Assembly (NCBI GenBank): GCA_963708045.1
Contig: OY970181.1
Coordinates: 845,537 to 885,565 of the forward strand
Origin: an uncultured bacterium
Lineage (GTDB): Bacteria; Patescibacteriota; Patescibacteriia; CAIQCM01
DNA: 40,029 nt
Reading direction: 5' to 3'
Under the pieces are notes generated by a model. It was not told the origin of the DNA, ran no database searches, and worked only from the letters and a program-made list of their open reading frames with translations. Of this stretch, positions 33,844-40,029 are shown in pieces (within the stretch, counting starts at the first letter, position 1; the number at the start of each line of letters is the position of its first letter). The translations under genes were made by a program, and so were the position numbers.

Positions 33844-33901
33844 GGACCATAGACCATGAACCATCTAGACCGAATGGTGCGTGGTATGTGGTGTGTGGTC
33901 C
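33837..33901. repeat. Inverted heptamer-array element, copy 3 (between def and fmt, overlapping the fmt start)
   Basis: Minus strand reads GGACCAC ACACCAC ATACCAC GCACCAT, spacer, then ATGGTTC ATGGTCT ATGGTCC ATGGTTC. Confidence 0.85.
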
Positions 33902-33906
33902 ATCAA

Positions 33907-34383
33907 CTACCTCGCCACTCCCAACTTCGTTACATTCTTAGCCTTGTCAATAAAAAGAATACCATTAAGGTGATCACATTCGTGCTGAAAAATCGTCGCG
34001 GTAAAACCTTTGGCGTTTAATTTAAAAGGTTTTCCTTCTGGTGTCAGTCCTTTTACTGTGAGCGTATTAGTGCGTCTTACAAAGCCCCACGAACCCGGAA
34101 CCGAAAGGCATCCTTCCTCGGAAAGATAGTCACCAAATGATCGCTTAACGATCTCAGGATTAATAACAGTAATTGGTTCTTCGTCTGGTGGCGCGACAAT
34201 TATAATCTGTTTGTCCAAGCCGATTTGGGGAGCGGCCAAGCCAACGCCTTTGGCGTCATACATTGTGTGAATCATATCCTTTACCAACTTAAAAAGCTTG
34301 GGCGTATTAAGCTCATCTGGCGAAAGTGGCTTAGCCTTACCACGCAACACTTTTTCCGGTTCTTTTACGATTTTATAAATCAT
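33907..34383 (-). CDS. def: Peptide deformylase
   Basis: GVGLAAPQIG, EGCLS and QHECDHLNG. Confidence 0.98.
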   Translation of the reverse strand: MIYKIVKEPEKVLRGKAKPLSPDELNTPKLFKLVKDMIHTMYDAKGVGLAAPQIGLDKQIIIVAPPDEEPITVINPEIVKRSFGDYLSEEGCLSVPGSWGFVRRTNTLTVKGLTPEGKPFKLNAKGFTATIFQHECDHLNGILFIDKAKNVTKLGVAR

Positions 34384-36185
34384 AATTCATTAATTTGAGC
34401 GCCCCACCCTTCAGGCAAATACTTTACTAAATAATCAGTGTTTTGGCGAGGGTCGGCTTTGGCGGATATTTTAAGACGATATTTGCCACGGAAAAGCTTT
34501 GGTTCATTCCAAACAACGTCTGAAACATTAATTAATTCAGTTTTTTTAAGTTCGTCAATGATTACCGTGGCTTCTTTTAGGATTTTGCCCTCGTTTTTAC
34601 CGGCGCCAAAAAGAGTGATGCTTTTTGAAAACGGGGGATAGGAAAAAATTTTTCGTTCATTCAATTCAATTTCAATAAATTTATCAAGATCATTTATCGC
34701 CGAAAGCGCAGGATTGGTTTTGTCATAGGTTTGGATAATTAGGCGTCCTTCTTCTTTTATCGTTAAAAATAATTCGCGGATAATTCTTGCTGTTTCCAAA
34801 ATCGCATAAACGCCGGCGCGCCCCGTACCCGCACCAAGCAAGGCGTCAACCGCAACGTCAAACTGCTTAAAATGTGGTTTTAAAGCGTGAAAGACGGCTG
34901 TTGTTCCAACAACAAGGTCGTATTCGTCAAGATCAGGATAATTACCGCCGCTTTCAACTAGAAGTAGTTTTGATTCCGGAAACAATTTTTTTAGCTGGCC
35001 GAAAAGCCCTTTAACCCCAGAACCAATTGTTTTAAAATTTGTGCCGTTACATTTAAGGCAAAACTGTGGCAAGGGAAAATTTTTAGCACAAGCAAAACAT
35101 TGCATCTTATCAGACAAAACCAAGAGTGGCAATTGGCATGATTCACATAAACAGATCGTACTGCAATCTTTACAAACCAACGAGCTACCAACGCCACGTC
35201 TGTTTAAAACAAGCAAAGCACGGCCGCCTTGTGCGAGCGATTCGGAAAGAGCGTTGATTGTTTCGTCACAAAGCAGAACCTTTGCCCGCTCGCGACGCAC
35301 AGCATCAGCAAGGTCAAAAATATCACACCGTCTTTTGTCTAAAATTAATTTTTTGCGCTGAATTGTACCTAAAGAAATCGGCGGCAAGGCGTCAATAAAC
35401 GTTAATTTTGCATTCGCGGCCTTGGCAAGCAAGCGAACAATAATGCGGCTGTCGTATCGCGGGTCAAGATCTTCGTTTATATGTGCGCTTGAGGCGGCCT
35501 GAAGAACAAGAATAGCGCGCAGATCTTTAAAAGGAAGAAAGACAGCGCTCTTTGTTCCAATTATCACCTTGGTTAATTTTTTCGCCGTCGCCGTATAGAT
35601 ACCAGCTTTTTCTCCCTCAGAAAGACGCGAATGAAAAATTGTCGCTCCTGGCACTTCCTTTGCCCAACTTGTCGCTTCTTCAACTGTCGGAACAATAATA
35701 AGCGCTTGCCCTTTTCCACTTATGCCAATTGTCTCGTTCAAGGTTTTTAAAAAATCATTTTGGTTTTCGGCACAGATAATTTTTTCTTCAAAATTTGATT
35801 TTTCTTTTTGTTCGTTCTCGGTGGTTTCTAAACGAGCGTTAATACTAGTCGCTATTAAACGGCGCATAACGGGTGGCATTGCCGTCCAGGCGAAACGTGG
35901 CATTGTACTGCAAAATTCCGTCGCCAAGTCAGAAAATATTTTTACCCAGTATTCTGGATATGCGATTTCGTCAATAATTCCATATATTTCTTTTAGAGGT
36001 CGGTTTGGCTCAATATTTTCAATGGCCGAAACCAAGCCAGCAATCAAGCGACCCGAAAAAGGAACAGCCACGACTGTTCCTTTTTTTATTCCCAAAACAA
36101 GTCTTTCAGGAATAAGATAATCAAAAATTTGCGCGGCGCGGTAAGGTAGTCGTACCGCAGGAATGACTTTGGCGATTATGACCAT
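34380..36185 (-). CDS. priA: Primosomal protein N' (PriA)-like, with degenerate helicase motifs
   Basis: N-terminal FDYLIP..G..V.VPF, HSRLS, IGTKSAVFLP, LNRRG, four CxxC and YPPF. It sits in priA-def-fmt synteny. Confidence 0.85.
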   Translation of the reverse strand: MVIIAKVIPAVRLPYRAAQIFDYLIPERLVLGIKKGTVVAVPFSGRLIAGLVSAIENIEPNRPLKEIYGIIDEIAYPEYWVKIFSDLATEFCSTMPRFAWTAMPPVMRRLIATSINARLETTENEQKEKSNFEEKIICAENQNDFLKTLNETIGISGKGQALIIVPTVEEATSWAKEVPGATIFHSRLSEGEKAGIYTATAKKLTKVIIGTKSAVFLPFKDLRAILVLQAASSAHINEDLDPRYDSRIIVRLLAKAANAKLTFIDALPPISLGTIQRKKLILDKRRCDIFDLADAVRRERAKVLLCDETINALSESLAQGGRALLVLNRRGVGSSLVCKDCSTICLCESCQLPLLVLSDKMQCFACAKNFPLPQFCLKCNGTNFKTIGSGVKGLFGQLKKLFPESKLLLVESGGNYPDLDEYDLVVGTTAVFHALKPHFKQFDVAVDALLGAGTGRAGVYAILETARIIRELFLTIKEEGRLIIQTYDKTNPALSAINDLDKFIEIELNERKIFSYPPFSKSITLFGAGKNEGKILKEATVIIDELKKTELINVSDVVWNEPKLFRGKYRLKISAKADPRQNTDYLVKYLPEGWGAQINEL

Positions 36186-36197
36186 AATCCTCAAATC

Positions 36198-36992
36198 TTA
36201 ATTAATGTGAAACTGCACGGTCGCGTAGCCGACGCCAAAAGGTGTTTCGTATGAAAGAAGCTCAGGACGATAATTGACCTTATCCATAATACCCAGAAGA
36301 ATACAAATTGATTTGTAACCGCAAGAATGAGCTTCCAAAACTAGAGCGCTGTCCATTTGTAAAATTGACGAAGCGTTGCCAGACGAAAGATTTCTTACGA
36401 TTAAATCATCAAACTCCTTTGCTTTTGCCGAAAACCCAGAAGGCGAATCCGAGGAATGGCGGTGAGAAAGATCACCGGAACACACAACGGCAATCTTGTG
36501 GTGACTTCTAAGGATCGCGTCTTTAATAATTTTTCCGAAAGCAAATTGCGATTTAGCATCAGTATTGCTCGGCGAAATAATGACGATTTTTGTTTTTTTA
36601 TTTTGATGCGGCAAAAAATAAAGCGGGATTCCGCCGCCATAATCAAGATGTTCTTCGCTTATAAGCGCGAGCGGATGTTTTTCCTTGCGCGAAGCACTAG
36701 ATATTTTTTCAATCAGCAAGTGATCAGGCTCATACTCGCGTGGTTTTGAAAAATCGCCAAAATCTTTAAAGTTTGTCTGGTAATTTGGAGAAAAATTTAT
36801 AAGAAAGGTTCCAGGCAAAAAAGCCAGGTGCGGGGTTATGACCAAAACTGTCTCGGCACCGCTTTTTGCAAGTGATTCGGAAACGGTTCTATAAGCATCC
36901 CAAGTTTTTTCTAAAAGCTTGGCGTGCTCGCGACCAATGGATGGGAGAAGTAGTGGTGGGTGGGGGACTAGGGCGGAAAATACTAATGACAT
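36198..36992 (-). CDS. LigB/MEMO-like class III extradiol dioxygenase family protein (AmmeMemoRadiSam B-like)
   Basis: VPHPPLLLP, ITPH, LDYG, SGDLSH, SCG and YETPFGVGY. Confidence 0.82.
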   Translation of the reverse strand: MSLVFSALVPHPPLLLPSIGREHAKLLEKTWDAYRTVSESLAKSGAETVLVITPHLAFLPGTFLINFSPNYQTNFKDFGDFSKPREYEPDHLLIEKISSASRKEKHPLALISEEHLDYGGGIPLYFLPHQNKKTKIVIISPSNTDAKSQFAFGKIIKDAILRSHHKIAVVCSGDLSHRHSSDSPSGFSAKAKEFDDLIVRNLSSGNASSILQMDSALVLEAHSCGYKSICILLGIMDKVNYRPELLSYETPFGVGYATVQFHIN

Positions 36993-36995
36993 AAA

Positions 36996-37070
36996 TGAAT
37001 ATCTAATATCTAATACCTAATGTCTAATGACGTCTTCGTCAAATTAGAAATCAAATATCAGTTATTTGAC
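36996..37070. repeat. Degenerate inverted heptamer array (CTAAT type)
   Basis: TGAATAT CTAATAT CTAATAC CTAATGT CTAATGA, spacer, then ATTAGAA ATCAAAT ATCAGTT ATTTGAC. Confidence 0.6.
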
Positions 37071-38452
37071 ATTTGCATGGAAGGAGCATCTGGACTAAAG
37101 GCGACCCCCAAAGGACTAAGAGCCAATACTTTATCGGACACGGTAATAACGTTTTGCCATTTCCAACCTTGGTCTTCAAAGATTTTACCTGATTTTATAG
37201 ATTGTCTTTTGCCATCTTGAATTACATATACCGTATTACTAGACGCCGCGCGCACGAGTTCGCCGTCACGCAAAGCGATTGGTGTACCTTCGGAAAATTC
37301 AACCAGCTCGTTAATGTTGTCTTTTTTGACTTTTAAATTTTTAAAATATAGCGAAATAAGTTCGCGGCCGTAAACCGGTCGCTTAACGCCATTTTGAACA
37401 TAATAAATCTCGTTGGTTTTTGGCGTTTGCAGCAATGCGCCAAGCGGATACGCGGCGGCCATAGTGATGGGCGCGCCTTCGGCGTAGGCGGCGAGGTCTT
37501 CAAAGCTCGCTCTGTCAACTTCGGAACGACTAAAGCCAAGTTTGCGAAAAACATTGGCCGAAGAAAAACCGCGACGTTCATCGCCGACAATAAGATAAAC
37601 CGTTCCTTTGGGCGACTGAAGAAGCGAGTAGTTTGAAAATTTCATTTCCGGCCCAATTGGATATGCAAGAATATCATTGGCCGCGGCATTCACAACTTTG
37701 TTTGGATTAAATCGCGAGTAGAGCACGGACGCCGAAGAAAGTTTGCGTCGCTCGCCGTTAAAAATATACCAATAGTCGGCAAGTTCTTTAGTCGTTAAAA
37801 CCGAGCCGTTCGGATATCGGCGAACAAAATATTTTTGCCAAATATTCCAAAAATTTATTTGCGCCGCAATATGCGGCGTGTAGTTATAAAGCGCGGCGGT
37901 CGCGTCGGTCATCGGCGTTATTGGAATTCCATCAATTACTGTTGGTTTATTGCATTGTCTGAGACCAGAGGAAGCATTGCCGCCATCTAGATAAAAACGA
38001 AAAGACGCCGCCGCCGAATCTATTTGCGTGGCAAAGCCGCGATACTTGGCAAGCACAGGATCATTTTTGCTGCACGAATCGCAAACACCATAACCAGCTG
38101 CCCAATCCAATTGATCTTGTGACGGAAACGAATCATTAACGAGTGATTGTTCGCGTTGAATTAAAGTCAAAAGAAAGCGCGGGCTGATTGAATTTCGGCT
38201 TGAAGCGTTAAAAATAATTTCACCAGGACTGCGAGGAACGCCGTCAATGTCGGCGAGCAGGCGACCAGCAAGGCCGCTTCCTTTGGCAATTAGGAACGAA
38301 TTAACGTCATTGGCTGTCCACGATGAAGTTTCTTCGGTTTCCGCGTTAGAGACGACAAAATTAGGGTCAAAACTAACCCTAATTACGTCGGCCATAACAA
38401 AGCCGGGGACTAAAGACGAAATAATTATAAGTAAAACGACAAGCTTTCTCAT
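37058..38452 (-). CDS. Secreted protein with a putative lysozyme-like N-terminal domain and four ~60-aa C-terminal repeats
   Basis: Signal peptide, then ISPRFLLTLIQREQSL, AAGYG, GFATQ and ALYNYTPH, followed by repeats of G.LL......VY.I..G..R. Confidence 0.65.
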   Translation of the reverse strand: MRKLVVLLIIISSLVPGFVMADVIRVSFDPNFVVSNAETEETSSWTANDVNSFLIAKGSGLAGRLLADIDGVPRSPGEIIFNASSRNSISPRFLLTLIQREQSLVNDSFPSQDQLDWAAGYGVCDSCSKNDPVLAKYRGFATQIDSAAASFRFYLDGGNASSGLRQCNKPTVIDGIPITPMTDATAALYNYTPHIAAQINFWNIWQKYFVRRYPNGSVLTTKELADYWYIFNGERRKLSSASVLYSRFNPNKVVNAAANDILAYPIGPEMKFSNYSLLQSPKGTVYLIVGDERRGFSSANVFRKLGFSRSEVDRASFEDLAAYAEGAPITMAAAYPLGALLQTPKTNEIYYVQNGVKRPVYGRELISLYFKNLKVKKDNINELVEFSEGTPIALRDGELVRAASSNTVYVIQDGKRQSIKSGKIFEDQGWKWQNVITVSDKVLALSPLGVAFSPDAPSMQMSNN

Positions 38453-38465
38453 CACCGGTATTTTA

Positions 38466-40028
38466 TCACACTTTGGCCGTTACTGGTTTTTCAGTATTGA
38501 TGATAAGTTTATCGCCGCGCGTATCAATTTTAACATCAGCGCCGTCGCCGATTTCAGCCGAAACAAGTTTAAGCGAAAGTGGATCAAGAAGGCTTGATTG
38601 AATCAAGCGCTTAAGCGGCCGCGCGCCAAAATTTTGATCATAACCATGAGTGACAATCCATTTTTTCGCCTTATCCGAAACCGTTAATTTAATATGGCGA
38701 AGCGCGAGGCGTCCGCGAACAGCGGCGAGTTGAATGTCCACAATGCGCAGTAAATCTTTTTCGGTTAGCGAATGGAAAATAATAATTTCATCAATGCGGT
38801 TTAAGAGTTCGGGTTTCATCCGCTCGCGCATTTCGTTTCTAATTTTTTCTTCCATCTCGCGATAATCATTGGCCACGGTTTCGTCGGCCGACGCGTCAAA
38901 CCCGAGCGAGCCGCGCTTTCCCAAATCCAAAATACGATCCGACCCCATATTTGAAGTCATAATGATAATCGTATTTTTAAAGTTTACTTTGCGACCCTTG
39001 GCATCGGTAAGTCGGCCTTCGTCAAGAATTTGCAGAAGAATGTTAAAAACTTCGGGGTGAGCTTTTTCTATTTCATCAAACAGCACAACCGAGTACGGGC
39101 GACGGCGAATTATTTCCGTCAGCTGGCCGCCTTCGTCATATCCAACATAGCCTGGCGGCGAACCGATCATCCTAGCGGTGGTGTGTTTTTCTCCATACTC
39201 CGACATATCAAGGCGAACAAGTGCGTTTTCGTCGTTAAACATCACCTCGGCTAGCGCTTTGGCAAGTTCGGTTTTGCCAACGCCAGTCGGTCCCAAGAAA
39301 ATAAACGAACCGATCGGACGATTTTCTTCGGAAAGTCCGGCACGCGAACGACGCACAGCATTAGCAATGGCCGTGATCGCTTCGTTTTGGCCGACCACGC
39401 GTTCACTAAGAAGTGATTCCATTTTTTTGAGTTTGTCCAATTCAGCCTGAAGCATTTTTGTAACCGGCACGCCCGTCCAGCGCGAAACAACCGCGGCGAC
39501 ATCTTCATCGGTAATAACTTCTTTCAAAATGCGATGATGTTCTTGAAGCTCGGTAAGGCGACGCTCGGCAACACGACCCTCGCGTTCAAGAGCTGGAATT
39601 CGGCCATAGCGAATCTCGGCAACTTTTTGCAGTTCGCCGGCGCGTTCGGCAATATCCGCTTCCATTTTTAAACCTTCAATTTTCTTTTTGTTTTCGCGGA
39701 TTGTGGTGATGATTTCTTTTTCCGTACGCCAGCGCGCCTCAAGGACGCTATTGCGTTCATTAAGTTCGGCCAAATCTTTTTCAATTGTCTTTAGTCGCAG
39801 TTTTGAATCCTTGTCATCTTCTTTTTGTAAGGCTCGTTTTTCAATTTCTAAACGAGTAATATCGCGGCGAAGTTCATCCAGTTCCGTCGGCATTGAATCA
39901 ATTTCCATTCGCAAGGACGAGGCCGCTTCGTCAATAATATCAATAGCTTTGTCCGGTAAAAAGCGATCAGTGACATAACGATTAGTAAGTTCGGCCGCGG
40001 CGACAATCGCAGGGTCAGCAATGCGCAC
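38466..40028 (-). CDS. clpB: ATP-dependent chaperone ClpB (5' end outside window)
   Basis: DRFLPDKAIDIIDEA, a long M-domain coiled coil, GPTGVGKTELAK, RLDMSEY, PPGYVGYDEGG and FGARPLKR. Confidence 0.96.
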   Translation of the reverse strand: MRIADPAIVAAAELTNRYVTDRFLPDKAIDIIDEAASSLRMEIDSMPTELDELRRDITRLEIEKRALQKEDDKDSKLRLKTIEKDLAELNERNSVLEARWRTEKEIITTIRENKKKIEGLKMEADIAERAGELQKVAEIRYGRIPALEREGRVAERRLTELQEHHRILKEVITDEDVAAVVSRWTGVPVTKMLQAELDKLKKMESLLSERVVGQNEAITAIANAVRRSRAGLSEENRPIGSFIFLGPTGVGKTELAKALAEVMFNDENALVRLDMSEYGEKHTTARMIGSPPGYVGYDEGGQLTEIIRRRPYSVVLFDEIEKAHPEVFNILLQILDEGRLTDAKGRKVNFKNTIIIMTSNMGSDRILDLGKRGSLGFDASADETVANDYREMEEKIRNEMRERMKPELLNRIDEIIIFHSLTEKDLLRIVDIQLAAVRGRLALRHIKLTVSDKAKKWIVTHGYDQNFGARPLKRLIQSSLLDPLSLKLVSAEIGDGADVKIDTRGDKLIINTEKPVTAKV

Positions 40029-40029
40029 G

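Overview
Core-genome segment of a bacterium using genetic code 11 (TGA is used as a stop). Gene content and protein architectures suggest Patescibacteria/CPR: C-terminally short AlaS and RpoA, a VirD4/HerA-like ATPase with a CxxC-x17-CxxC module, a pilin array and mostly SD-less starts. This assignment is inference. Housekeeping genes in order: partial ABC-F, cupin, pepA, Fe/Mn SOD, thiI, rsmI, metG, cvpA, tatD, secD, secF, mnmA, alaS, infA-rpmJ-rpsM-rpsK-rpsD-rpoA-rplQ-rplM-rpsI, then on the minus strand partial clpB, a secreted repeat protein, a LigB/MEMO-like protein, priA, def and fmt. Interspersed are four orphan genes, each with promoter-like, SD-like and terminator signals. There is also a flippase-GT4-(GT2+O-antigen-ligase fusion) cluster directly upstream of four type IV pilins. 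Most notable observations: (1) three copies of an inverted heptamer-array element placed directly before thiI, metG and fmt; (2) SecD with an inserted, circularly permuted parvulin PPIase domain; (3) a probable pilin glycosylation locus whose pilins have mosaic, near-identical 5' ends; (4) a multi-hairpin RNA-like structure behind an orphan tandem-domain gene; (5) RpoA without alpha-CTD and a PriA without helicase motifs. Two small genes missing from the ORF track (rpmJ and a 59-aa four-CxxC protein) were found. No tRNA, rRNA, CRISPR array, integrase or transposase was seen.
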